NCBI GenBank assembly: GCA_031271325.1
Contig: JAISVY010000075.1
Coordinates: 1 to 34,187 of the forward strand
Length of the DNA stretch: 34,187 bases
DNA from: Oscillospiraceae bacterium
GTDB lineage: Bacteria; Bacillota; Clostridia; Oscillospirales; UBA929
Direction: 5' to 3'
A program made the position numbers and the translations under genes. Positions 1 through 8,446 of the stretch are shown piece after piece. The notes below the pieces were generated by a model. It ran no database searches and was not told where the DNA came from. It saw nothing but the letters and a program-made list of their open reading frames with translations. Position 1 is the stretch's first letter; every line of letters begins with the position of its first letter.

Positions 1-674
1 ACGCGGCAGCAGCCGCACATACCGGTGCCGTCCACCATCAGCGGATTCATGCTGACCGTGGTTTTCACGCCGAACGGCTTTGTGGCCGCCGCGACAAACT
101 TCATCATAACCAGCGGTCCAATGGCGAACACCTCGTCATACGCTTCGTTCTCAAGAAGCCCGCGCAGCGCGTCGGTGACAAGCCCTTTCTGCCCGTAGGA
201 GCCGTCGTCGGTGCAGAGGTGCAGGGCGGCGCTGTCCCGCGCCAGTTCTTCTTCCAAGATCACGAGGTCTTTGCTGCGGAAACCCGCCACCATATCCACA
301 TGCGCGCCGTTCTCTTTCAGCGCCCGCGCCACCGGCCACGCGATGGCGCACCCGAGACCGCCGCCGACCACTGCGGCGCGGCTGATATGCGCAATCTCGG
401 TGGGTCTGCCGAGCGGTCCCGCGAGCGTCACGACCGCGCCGCCGACGGGGATCGCGTCCAGCTCTTTGGTGCTGTGCCCCACTTTTTGATAAATCAGTGT
501 AACCGTTCCGTCGCCGTTGGCGGAAGCGACCGTCAGCGGAAACCGTTCGCCCATCTCGTGTGTGCGAAGGATGACAAACTGACCGGCTTTCGCTTTCGCC
601 GCCACGTCGGGCGCGGCTATGTCCAGCCGGCCGGTCTGGTCGTTCAGCGCTTGCTTTCGTATAATCTCAAACAT
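1..674 (-). CDS. Sulfide/dihydroorotate dehydrogenase-like FAD/NAD-binding oxidoreductase subunit (NfnA/PyrK-like); 3' end runs off the window
   Basis: Absent from the ORF track because it has no stop inside the window. Hand translation from ATG (674-672) gives MFEIIRKQALNDQTGRLDIAAPDVAAKAKAGQFVILRTHEMGERFPLTVAS...VVGGGLGCAIAWPVARALKENGAHVDMVAGFRSKD...SMNPLMVDGTGMCGCCR. This is a PyrK/NfnA-type fold with a C-terminal Cys cluster. GGAGA lies ~10 nt upstream. Confidence 0.75.
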   Translation of the reverse strand, partial: MFEIIRKQALNDQTGRLDIAAPDVAAKAKAGQFVILRTHEMGERFPLTVASANGDGTVTLIYQKVGHSTKELDAIPVGGAVVTLAGPLGRPTEIAHISRAAVVGGGLGCAIAWPVARALKENGAHVDMVAGFRSKDLVILEEELARDSAALHLCTDDGSYGQKGLVTDALRGLLENEAYDEVFAIGPLVMMKFVAAATKPFGVKTTVSMNPLMVDGTGMCGCCR

Positions 675-751
675 AAGTTGGCGATCTCCTTTGGGTCACA
701 GTGTAGCATAAAAACGCGGCGTTGGCAAGCGATGAAACATGCGCGTCCCGG

Positions 752-780
752 TTGCCTCTCTTGCCGCGATGTGGTATAAT
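752..780 (+). promoter_or_regulatory. Sigma-A-type promoter for the PHP/ABC operon
   Basis: TTGCCT (752-757), 17-nt spacer, TATAAT (775-780). Structured repeat copy 1 begins 14 nt downstream. Confidence 0.5.
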
Positions 781-794
781 CATCTTTGATATAC

Positions 795-904
795 GAAGTG
801 TTGAAAATTGCGTGTTCGCCTGAAAGGCGAACGAGCGGAGCGCTTGCGAACAGGCAGCTGTGCTGCGGCATCGCAAGCCGGAGCGGGCAATTTTCAACAT
901 GCCC
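795..904 (+). repeat. Dispersed structured element, copy 1 (full length, 110 nt)
   Basis: GAAGTGTTGAAAATTGCGTGTTCGCCTGAAAGGCGAAC...GGGCAATTTTCAACATGCCC. It has 14-nt terminal inverted arms and internal hairpins. It is 103/110 identical to the reverse complement of 18590-18699. Confidence 0.85.
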
Positions 905-938
905 TAATATTCAAACACAAACAGAAAGCGTTGATTCC

Positions 939-1637
939 ATGTATCAATACGAAACCCATATGCACACGTCGCCGGTCAGCTACTGCGCGTCTGTGTCGCC
1001 GGAGGAACAGGTTCGCGCGTATAAAGACAGGGGGTACGCGGGGATTATCGTCACCGATCATTTTTTCAACGGCAACTCCGCTTGCCCGAAAGGGTTATCT
1101 TGGGAAGACGCGGCGGCGTTTTTTCTCTCGGGTTATGAGCGCGCAAAAACGGAGGGTGACAAAATCGGGCTGGATGTCTTTTTCGGCATGGAATACGCCG
1201 TTTTCGGCACGGAGTTTTTGACCTACGGTCTGACGCCGGAGTTTGTGCGGACGAACCCCGCCATGGACAAACTGTCGCCGCGGGAGTTCAGCGCCCTCGT
1301 GCGGGCAAACGGCGCTTACCTCGCACAGGCGCACCCATACAGAACCGGATCGTGGATCCAAAACCCCTACCCCGTGGATCCCGCTCTGATTGACGGCGTA
1401 GAAATCTATAACGTCTGCAGCGGCAACGAAACGACCAACGGGATGGCGCGTCAGTTCGCGCGCCGGCACAAACTCCCGGCGCAGGCGGGAACCGATTCCC
1501 ACAGCGCCGAGCTGCCGTTCACAAGCGGCATCGCGCTGCGGGAAAAAGCGCGTAACATATTTGACATCATAGAGGCGATAAAAACAGGGCGGGCAGAACT
1601 GATGATTCCGGAGGACACGCATGGGTCTATACGGTAA
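939..1637 (+). CDS. PHP domain-containing phosphoesterase (histidinol-phosphatase family)
   Basis: MYQYETHMHTSPVSYCASVSPEEQVRAYKDRGYAGIIVTDHF is a typical PHP N-terminus. I chose ATG 939 rather than the track start 786, because 786-938 runs through the non-coding repeat. Confidence 0.8.
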   Translation: MYQYETHMHTSPVSYCASVSPEEQVRAYKDRGYAGIIVTDHFFNGNSACPKGLSWEDAAAFFLSGYERAKTEGDKIGLDVFFGMEYAVFGTEFLTYGLTPEFVRTNPAMDKLSPREFSALVRANGAYLAQAHPYRTGSWIQNPYPVDPALIDGVEIYNVCSGNETTNGMARQFARRHKLPAQAGTDSHSAELPFTSGIALREKARNIFDIIEAIKTGRAELMIPEDTHGSIR

Positions 1638-3381
1638 ATACCTCCCGAAATATAAAAAGCGCTTCATAGCAGGGGTGCTGTGCGTGGCTTGCGAAGCGTT
1701 CTGCGATCTGCTCGGGCCTACCCTGATGTCGCGGGTGATCAACGACGGCGTGGAACCGGGCAGTTTGAACGGGGTGCTGGTTTGGGGCGGTTGGATGCTT
1801 CTGGTCACCGCGTTCGGCGCGGGATTCGCCGTCACGCGGAATATATTGGCCTCCCGGGTATCGCAGCGGATCGGGGCGGAACTGCGAAGCGACCTCTTTG
1901 TGAAAATCATGAATTTCTCCGAAGCCGACGCGGACAAAATCGAGAGCGGTTCGCTGATTACGCGGATGACCAACGATACGGCGCAGGTCACGCAGTTTAT
2001 CAACGGCGTTATGCGCGTATTTCTCAAAGCCCCGATCAACTGCATCGGCAGTATTGTCTTGGCTTCGGCGCTGAACCTGCGGCTGAGTTTGATCATCTAC
2101 GGCGTAGCCGCCGTGGTGGGGACGCTGATCGTGATCAGCATGAAACTCTCTTACCCGCGCTTCGCGGCGCTCCAGAAAGCGACCGACCGGCTGAACACGG
2201 CGGTGCAGGAGCACCTGATCGGTGTGCGTCTGGTCAAGGCGTTCGGCACGGTGGAGCAGGAAACGGCGCGGTTTTGGGAGGCGAACGACACGTTGCGGCA
2301 GCGGGGCGTCGCGTCGCAGAAGATCATCACGCTGACTTCGCCGGTGATGACGCTGGCGGTGGGGTTGGGTTCGGCGCTCGCGATCTTTTGGGGCAGCCGC
2401 CTGTTCGAGGCGGAGCTTGCGCGCCCGGGCGACATTTCGGCGTTTATCATCTACATGGCGCAGATTTTAACGTCACTGCTGATGATCACCAACATTTTCA
2501 ACACATTCGTCCGCACCCGGGCGTCCGCCGCCCGTATCGGCGAGGTGTTCGCCTGCGGCGATGATTTTCAATCCCTTTCTCTCTCCAAAGAAAAAGGGAG
2601 CCAGACGACAATCGACCCCCTCTCCGCCGACGGCGAACGGGCGGGGCGGAAAACGGGCAGTTTGGTTTTTGAGGACGTGACGTTTTGCTATCCCGGCTCG
2701 TCTGTGCCCGCCGTAAAAAACCTCAGCTTCTCGGTCGCGCCGGGCGAGAGCCTCGCGATCATCGGACCGACCGGGAGCGGGAAATCCACCGTCTGCTGGC
2801 TTTCACTGCGGTTTTACGACGTAAACAGCGGCCGGATTCTTTTGGACGGAACGGATATACGGGAACTTCCGGCGGAAGCGGTGCGCAGTCAGATCGCCAT
2901 CGCGCCGCAAAAGGCGGCGCTCTTCTCCGGCAGCGTCTCCGACAATCTCCGCTGGGGCGACGCGGACGCGACGGAGGAACAGATGCGCGAGGCGGCGGCG
3001 CGGGCGCAGGCCGGTTTTATCGAAGAGATGAGCGCGGGATACGGCAGTCCGTTGGGCGCGGGCGGCGTCAACCTCTCCGGCGGGCAGAAACAGCGGGTGT
3101 CGATCGCGCGGGCGCTGCTGAAACGCGCTCCGGTCCTGATACTGGACGACGCCACCGGCGCGCTGGACGCGATCACCGAAGCCAAGGTGCGCAAAGAGCT
3201 GCTCGCCGTGAAGCAAACGCTGGTTACGGTAACCCAGCGCTGCACCACCGCGATGTTCGCGGATAAAATCCTCGTACTGGAAAACGGCGAAACCGCCGGC
3301 TTCGGTACCCACACCGAGCTGATGGAGACTTGCGAGATATACCGCCAGATTTATCAGTCACAGGTGGACAAGGAGGGATAG
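1621..3381 (+). CDS. ABC exporter permease/ATPase fusion, subunit with degenerate nucleotide-binding site
   Basis: N-terminal six-helix TMD plus NBD. Walker A is GPTGSGKST and the signature is LSGGQKQR. Walker B is VLILDDA (Asp replaces the catalytic Glu) and the H-loop is TQR (Gln replaces His). Overlaps the PHP gene end by 17 nt. Confidence 0.9.
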   Translation: MGLYGKYLPKYKKRFIAGVLCVACEAFCDLLGPTLMSRVINDGVEPGSLNGVLVWGGWMLLVTAFGAGFAVTRNILASRVSQRIGAELRSDLFVKIMNFSEADADKIESGSLITRMTNDTAQVTQFINGVMRVFLKAPINCIGSIVLASALNLRLSLIIYGVAAVVGTLIVISMKLSYPRFAALQKATDRLNTAVQEHLIGVRLVKAFGTVEQETARFWEANDTLRQRGVASQKIITLTSPVMTLAVGLGSALAIFWGSRLFEAELARPGDISAFIIYMAQILTSLLMITNIFNTFVRTRASAARIGEVFACGDDFQSLSLSKEKGSQTTIDPLSADGERAGRKTGSLVFEDVTFCYPGSSVPAVKNLSFSVAPGESLAIIGPTGSGKSTVCWLSLRFYDVNSGRILLDGTDIRELPAEAVRSQIAIAPQKAALFSGSVSDNLRWGDADATEEQMREAAARAQAGFIEEMSAGYGSPLGAGGVNLSGGQKQRVSIARALLKRAPVLILDDATGALDAITEAKVRKELLAVKQTLVTVTQRCTTAMFADKILVLENGETAGFGTHTELMETCEIYRQIYQSQVDKEG

Positions 3382-3384
3382 GGC

Positions 3385-5214
3385 TTGCAGCAAAACAGCA
3401 AACAACCCACAATGGGGCGTTTCGGCGCGGGCGGCGGTCCCGGGCGCTTCGCGCCCACGGCAAAGCCCTCCGACGCCAAAGGGACATTCCGGCGGGTGAT
3501 CGGGGTGTATCTGCGCTGGAAAAAACCGGTGCTGGCTGCGGGCGCCCTGACGCTGGTGTCTTCCGGGGTTGCGGTCGCGGCGCCGTACCTTTCGGGGCTG
3601 TGCTTCGACGCGATGAACGTCAAAACCCTGACGACGGATACCAAGACGCTCTACATACTGCTGACGGCTTTGGTGGTTTTGCATCTCGCCGGATGGCTGG
3701 TGTCTACCGTCAGCGGGGTGCTGCTGCTGAACGTATCGCAGCGGCTGGTCTTCACCCTTCGCTCCGAGTTTTTCGAGAAACTGCAGCGTCTGCCGCTGCG
3801 GTTTTTCGACACCCGTTCCCACGGCGACACGATGAGCCGCCTGACCAACGACGCGGACAACATCAGCTCCACAATCGCCCAAACGACCACGCAGCTCGTC
3901 TCTTCAGCCCTTACCCTGATAGGGTCGCTTTCTGTCATGCTCTACCTCAGCGTACCGCTGACTCTGACCATTTTGGTCAGCGTTCCCCTGGTCGCGGCGC
4001 TGACGCGGGTGATCACCAAAAAAAGCCGCGCCCATTTTCTGGCGCAGGCGGGGCAGCTGGGAGCGCTGAACGGCATCATCGAAGAGAGCGTGCTGGGGTT
4101 GAAAATGGTCAAAGCCTTCGGACGCAAGCAAGCGGTGCGAGAACAGTTCTCCGGCGTCAACGAGCAGCTGTACCAGTCGAGCGTCAAGGCGCAGATCTGG
4201 TCGGGCGGGATGATGCCGCTGGTCAACGTGATCAACAACCTGATCTTTACGCTGGTGGCGGTCGTGGGCGGCCTGCTCTCGGTGCGGTCGGGGCTTCTGG
4301 TGGGAACGCTGGTCAGTTTCCTGAGCTATTCCAAACAGTTCGGGCACCCTCTGAACGCGATCGCCAGCATGTTCAACACCATCCAAAGCGCGCTGGCCGG
4401 CGCGGAGCGTATCTTTGAGGTGATGGACCAAGCCGAGGAACCGCCCGATCAGCCCGGCGCGGTTGAACTGCCCGACCCGAAGGGCGCGGTGACGTTTGAC
4501 AACGTCAGCTTTGCCTACGAGGCGGGACGTCCGGTGCTGAGCGGCGTGAGTTTTTCCGTGAACGCGGGCGAAACGGTCGCGCTGGTGGGCGAGACGGGCG
4601 CGGGGAAGACTACCGTCGTCAATCTGCTGACCCGTTTTTACGATCCGACGGAGGGCACGATCACCATAGACGGCGTGCCGATAGACACAGTCGCCCGCGA
4701 CAGCCTGCGGCAGTGCTTTTCGGCGGTTCTGCAGGAGACGTGCCTCTTCTCCGGCACGGTGATGGACAATATCCGCTACGGCGCGCCCGGCGCGACAGAC
4801 GGGCAGGTCGTCGCGGCGGCGAAACTCGCGAGCGCCCACGCGTTTATCGAGCGCCTGCCCGACGGGTATGACACATGGGTGTCGGGCAGCGCCGACAGCC
4901 TGAGCGAGGGGCAGCGCCAGCTTCTGGCGATCGCCCGCGCCGTACTGCGCGAAGCGCCCATCCTGATTCTCGACGAGGCGACGTCCTCGGTGGACACCAA
5001 AACGGAGAAAGACATCCAGCGGGCGCTGGTGCGGCTCACCCGCAACCGCACCAGCTTCCTGATCGCCCACCGGCTCTCCACCATCCGCGACGCCGACCGG
5101 ATCATGGTGATCGGCGGCGGCCGAATCCTCGAAAGCGGCGGCCACGCGTCCCTGATGGCGGCGAAAGGCGCGTATTACACGATGGTGGCGTACCAGATGG
5201 GAAACGAAACCTGA
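3385..5214 (+). CDS. ABC exporter permease/ATPase fusion, subunit with consensus nucleotide-binding site
   Basis: TTG start 8 nt after AGGAGG (3371-3376); ATG 3412 is an alternative start. Walker A is GETGAGKTT, Walker B is ILILDEATS, and the H-loop is IAHRLST. The signature is LSEGQRQ, which is degenerate. Confidence 0.9.
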   Translation: MQQNSKQPTMGRFGAGGGPGRFAPTAKPSDAKGTFRRVIGVYLRWKKPVLAAGALTLVSSGVAVAAPYLSGLCFDAMNVKTLTTDTKTLYILLTALVVLHLAGWLVSTVSGVLLLNVSQRLVFTLRSEFFEKLQRLPLRFFDTRSHGDTMSRLTNDADNISSTIAQTTTQLVSSALTLIGSLSVMLYLSVPLTLTILVSVPLVAALTRVITKKSRAHFLAQAGQLGALNGIIEESVLGLKMVKAFGRKQAVREQFSGVNEQLYQSSVKAQIWSGGMMPLVNVINNLIFTLVAVVGGLLSVRSGLLVGTLVSFLSYSKQFGHPLNAIASMFNTIQSALAGAERIFEVMDQAEEPPDQPGAVELPDPKGAVTFDNVSFAYEAGRPVLSGVSFSVNAGETVALVGETGAGKTTVVNLLTRFYDPTEGTITIDGVPIDTVARDSLRQCFSAVLQETCLFSGTVMDNIRYGAPGATDGQVVAAAKLASAHAFIERLPDGYDTWVSGSADSLSEGQRQLLAIARAVLREAPILILDEATSSVDTKTEKDIQRALVRLTRNRTSFLIAHRLSTIRDADRIMVIGGGRILESGGHASLMAAKGAYYTMVAYQMGNET

Positions 5215-5227
5215 AGAGGTGGATCAT

Positions 5228-5347
5228 ATGACAGAAATTTTACCGCCGGACATATCCGCCTTTCTTGACGGCAGCAGCTGTGAACAGAACCGTGTTGGCT
5301 GCTCCTCTTCCAAGGTGTACCGAATCCTGCTGGACGAGCTGTTTTAA
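5228..5347 (+). pseudogene. 39-codon ORF resembling the N-terminus of an aminoglycoside/choline-kinase-type phosphotransferase; probable truncated remnant
   Basis: MTEILPPDISAFLDGSSCEQNRVGCSSSKVYRILLDELF* with GAGGTGG 5 nt upstream. The G-x-S-x-x-x-VYR motif resembles APH-family N-termini. No kinase core follows. Confidence 0.3.
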
Positions 5348-5419
5348 TCCGGTCTCTCGAAAAACATGGATTTTTTAGGGCGGCGCGCCGCCGCCCGCAG
5401 CCGAAAGGAGCAAGCCCCC

Positions 5420-6073
5420 ATGCTGAACATCACAACCCTTGCGGTAGGCGCGGTATCCACCAACTGCTACATCGTGAGCGATCCGCAGACCCGAGAGGCG
5501 GCGGTCGTCGACCCCGGCGACAGCGCCAAGCTCATTTTAGGACGCATTCAGGCGGACAACCTGTCCGTGCGGACGATCTTCCTGACGCACGGGCATTTTG
5601 ACCACATCCTCGCGCTGGATGAGGTGCGCCGCGCGACCGGCGCAAAGGCGGTCATCCACGAAGCCGACGCGGCGTATCTGCGGGAACGCGCCCTTTCCGG
5701 TCCGTTCCGGGGCGTTTCGCCGCCGGTGACCGAAGCCGATGTCCTGACCCGCGAAGGGGAGACGTTCCCGCTGGGCGCGTTCACTTTCGAGGTGCTGCAC
5801 ACGCCGGGGCATACGCCGGGCAGCATCTGCCTGCGCGTCGCGGCGCCCGGCGGCGGGAAGAACGGCGTTCTGTTTACCGGCGACACCCTGTTTGAAGACG
5901 ACTGCGGGCGGTGCGACCTGCCCGGCGGCGACTATGGCGCGATGCTGGCGTCACTGCGCCGCCTCGCCGCGCTGGACGGGGACTATGTTGTCTTCCCCGG
6001 TCACGACGTATCCACAACCCTCTCCCGCGAACGCGAGAAAAACGTCAACATGAAAGAAGCGGCAGGTTTTTAG
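5420..6073 (+). CDS. MBL-fold metallo-hydrolase (hydroxyacylglutathione hydrolase-like)
   Basis: MLNITTLAVGAVSTNCYIVSD...THGHFDHI (HxHxDH motif)...HTPGHTPGS. AAAGGAG lies 9 nt upstream of ATG 5420. Confidence 0.88.
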   Translation: MLNITTLAVGAVSTNCYIVSDPQTREAAVVDPGDSAKLILGRIQADNLSVRTIFLTHGHFDHILALDEVRRATGAKAVIHEADAAYLRERALSGPFRGVSPPVTEADVLTREGETFPLGAFTFEVLHTPGHTPGSICLRVAAPGGGKNGVLFTGDTLFEDDCGRCDLPGGDYGAMLASLRRLAALDGDYVVFPGHDVSTTLSREREKNVNMKEAAGF

Positions 6074-6087
6074 TGTGACACAAACTG

Positions 6088-8349
6088 TTATTTGACAAGC
6101 GCCGCCCATGTGGCGGGACCGACAATGCCGTCTTGGGTCAACCCCAGCGCGCGCTGCGCCGCCAAGACCGCGGCGTGGGTCGCGGCGCTGAACACGCCGT
6201 CTACGGCGACCTTCGGAACGGCGGAGTTCTTGCCGGCCAATTTGTTGATATAGATTTGCACGGTGCGTACGCTCTCGCCGTAGGAACCCTGCTGAACTAC
6301 AGCGCCGGGGTAAGCGGGGACGGGCGTGACCGCGCCTCCGACGACCGCGTCCCACGTGAGGGGTCCGACAAGCCCGTCATCGTCCAGCCCGAGCGCTTTC
6401 TGCGCCGCCAAAACCGCCGCCTGAGTCGCGGGGCCGAAGATGCCGTCCGCCGTGACCTTGGGAATGGACGAAAACCGGTTTGACAGCTGAATCAGGGCGT
6501 TCTGCAAAACGCGAACGCTTTCGCCGACGGAACCCTGCTGCAGCACAACGCCGGGATAAGGCGGCGCGCTTGCGGGAGGGGGTGCGGCGCTGCCCGTATC
6601 GCCGTAAAAATACGCGTTCATGATCGCGTTCCATGTGGCGGGACCGACGACGCCGTCCGGCGTCAGCCCGAACAGGCGCTGGAACGCCGTCACCTGCGCC
6701 TGCGTGGTGGCGCCGAAGATCCCGTCCCGGATAACGCGGGGGATAGAAGGATGGTCGTCGGCAAGCGCGTTGAGCAGCGACTGGATGAGATCGACGTTGC
6801 CGCCTCTGGAACCTGTCTTCAGAGGCGCGCCGGGATAAACGGGGATGTCACCGCCGCCGCTGTCCAGATTCAGGCTCTTGTACACCTCGTACAGTTTTTT
6901 CCATGTGGCGGGTCCCGCGATGCCGTCCTGCGTCAGCCCGAACTGCTTCTGGAACGCTTTGACCGCGCTGGCCGTGGCGGGTCCGTACGCGCCGTCTTCC
7001 AGCAGAACAGGGATGCCGTTGTAATACGCGGCGATGGCGTTGATCAGGAATTGCAGCTGCACGACGTTCCCGCCCGCGGAACCCTGACTGATCGTCGCGG
7101 TGGGCGGGTTCGCGCCGATTCCCACGCGCTGCCCCTCGCTGCCCAGTTCCGCGAGCTTTGTTACAGACAGATAATAGAAATTAATCTTGTTCCATGCGGC
7201 GCGGTCGATCACGCCCGTTTGCGGCAGACCGCTGAGCTTTTGAAACTCTCTGACCGCGGCGGCGGTATTGGCACCGTAACGCCCGTCCGGCGTGACCTTA
7301 GGCAGGGCGGGGAAATTGCCGGCAATGCGGTTGAGGTAGCTTTGCATCACCGCGACCGACGCGTTCATCGAGCCTTGCGAAAGTGTGTATCCGGGATATG
7401 AGGTCAGCACGTCGCTGATTCTGTCTGTTTGCGCAAGCTCGATGTTGTTCCCGTAATAGTATTTTAAAATATTCATGGCGGAGTACCCGGAGTTCGCCAA
7501 GCTGACTGTCCCCCATTGCGACATCCCCGGGCAGGCAGCGGTGACGCCGTCGCAGTAGGAGGAAAACAGCGGCTCTTTGTATCCGGTCCGCCGGATATAC
7601 TGTTGAAAGATCCGGTCGACGATCTGCGAGATGTTATCGGGGATCGTCTGCCCCTCTTTATAATATTGATCGTAGCGCGTGTCGTTGGTGATGTCGAAAT
7701 TATAGCCCTGCGTTCTGTACCACTCGGTGTAGACGCGGTTCAACGCCAGAGAGATAATCGCCTGAATGTTGGCTTCCAGCGACGCCTGCGGCCATGTGGC
7801 GTATATCTCGCTCGCCGCCGCGTTTTTTACATAGTTCGGGAAACTGACGGAGATGTTTTTCGCGGACGTGCTGCTCGGAGCTCCCATATGTACCGTAATC
7901 CGTGACGGAATCACAACGTCGGCGAGCGTAAACGGCACAAAGGGCGACGGCGTCGGTTTGGGCTGCTGCCCCGCGGGCGGGTCATGCTTGAGGGAACTGT
8001 CGGGGACGACGACGGTTTCCGATTCTTCGCCGCTCTCGTAACGCGGATACAGATAGACGGGCTGTGTTTGATAAATTCCGTCCAACACCTCCGCGCCCAC
8101 GATGTTTTCACCGATATAGCCGTCTTTTGTCACGGTTACGTTATAAGCCGCGTACGCTTCCCCTCCGGGTTGCATGGTGGTGGCGCTGTCCGGCGCGGAT
8201 AGGGAGACGGAGTCGGTTTGACCGTCCGCGTTGGTCGTCAGAGTGTACAGCTGCTGCCCGCCCTTATCGGAAATGATGACCTGCGCGCCCTCGACGGGCA
8301 GCGCTCCGTTCGCCGTCCGCACCTCTGCTTTCAGGGTTCCCTGTCCCAT
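6088..8349 (-). CDS. SleC-like spore cortex-lytic enzyme with five tandem peptidoglycan-binding (PG_binding_1) modules
   Basis: The N-terminus MGQGTLKAEVRTANGALPVEGAQVIISD is like a carboxypeptidase-regulatory domain. The core ITVHMGAPSSTSAKNISVSFPNYVKNAAASEIYATWPQASLEANIQAIISLALNRVYTEWYRTQGYNFDITNDTRYDQ...YCDG...CPGMSQWG matches my memory of the clostridial SleC catalytic region. Five repeats of the DGxxGxxTxxAVxxFQxxxGLxxDGxxGxxTW type follow. AGGAGG lies 8 nt upstream. No signal peptide. Confidence 0.75.
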   Translation of the reverse strand: MGQGTLKAEVRTANGALPVEGAQVIISDKGGQQLYTLTTNADGQTDSVSLSAPDSATTMQPGGEAYAAYNVTVTKDGYIGENIVGAEVLDGIYQTQPVYLYPRYESGEESETVVVPDSSLKHDPPAGQQPKPTPSPFVPFTLADVVIPSRITVHMGAPSSTSAKNISVSFPNYVKNAAASEIYATWPQASLEANIQAIISLALNRVYTEWYRTQGYNFDITNDTRYDQYYKEGQTIPDNISQIVDRIFQQYIRRTGYKEPLFSSYCDGVTAACPGMSQWGTVSLANSGYSAMNILKYYYGNNIELAQTDRISDVLTSYPGYTLSQGSMNASVAVMQSYLNRIAGNFPALPKVTPDGRYGANTAAAVREFQKLSGLPQTGVIDRAAWNKINFYYLSVTKLAELGSEGQRVGIGANPPTATISQGSAGGNVVQLQFLINAIAAYYNGIPVLLEDGAYGPATASAVKAFQKQFGLTQDGIAGPATWKKLYEVYKSLNLDSGGGDIPVYPGAPLKTGSRGGNVDLIQSLLNALADDHPSIPRVIRDGIFGATTQAQVTAFQRLFGLTPDGVVGPATWNAIMNAYFYGDTGSAAPPPASAPPYPGVVLQQGSVGESVRVLQNALIQLSNRFSSIPKVTADGIFGPATQAAVLAAQKALGLDDDGLVGPLTWDAVVGGAVTPVPAYPGAVVQQGSYGESVRTVQIYINKLAGKNSAVPKVAVDGVFSAATHAAVLAAQRALGLTQDGIVGPATWAALVK

Positions 8350-8380
8350 AGCAATAAACCTCCTATGATAAATCTAACCG

Positions 8381-8408
8381 TATTTTATGCGAATCGCCCG
8401 GGAAACGT
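8381..8408 (-). promoter_or_regulatory. Candidate mother-cell (sigma-K-like) promoter for the SleC-like gene
   Basis: The minus strand reads AC, then 17 nt, then CATAAAATA. This fits the AC-N17-CATAnnnTA sigma-K consensus. It lies about 30 nt upstream of the start codon. Confidence 0.35.
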
Positions 8409-8446
8409 GTAAACGGTGAAGAGATTCGGGATTTTTTTGATTTTCG

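Noticed and set aside
786-938. N-terminal extension of the PHP gene, and small ORFs inside the element copies (808.., 15570.., 18462-18686, 667-900).
   Set aside because: These frames exist only because they run through the repeat. Substitutions between copies preserve base pairing rather than amino acids. They use TTG-type starts without an RBS. The conserved PHP N-terminus starts at ATG 939.
3904-5145. Long antisense ORFs opposite real genes. Examples: 3904-5145 (-), 23468-25105 (-), 26182-27756 (-), 1095-2096 (-), 16016-17119 (+), 21548-22546 (-), 19539-20435 (-), 9340-10188 (-).
   Set aside because: Each lies entirely inside a gene with unmistakable family motifs on the other strand. Their translations are Arg/Gly/Ala/Pro/His-rich low-complexity strings with no motifs. 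Stop-poor antisense frames are expected in GC-rich DNA.
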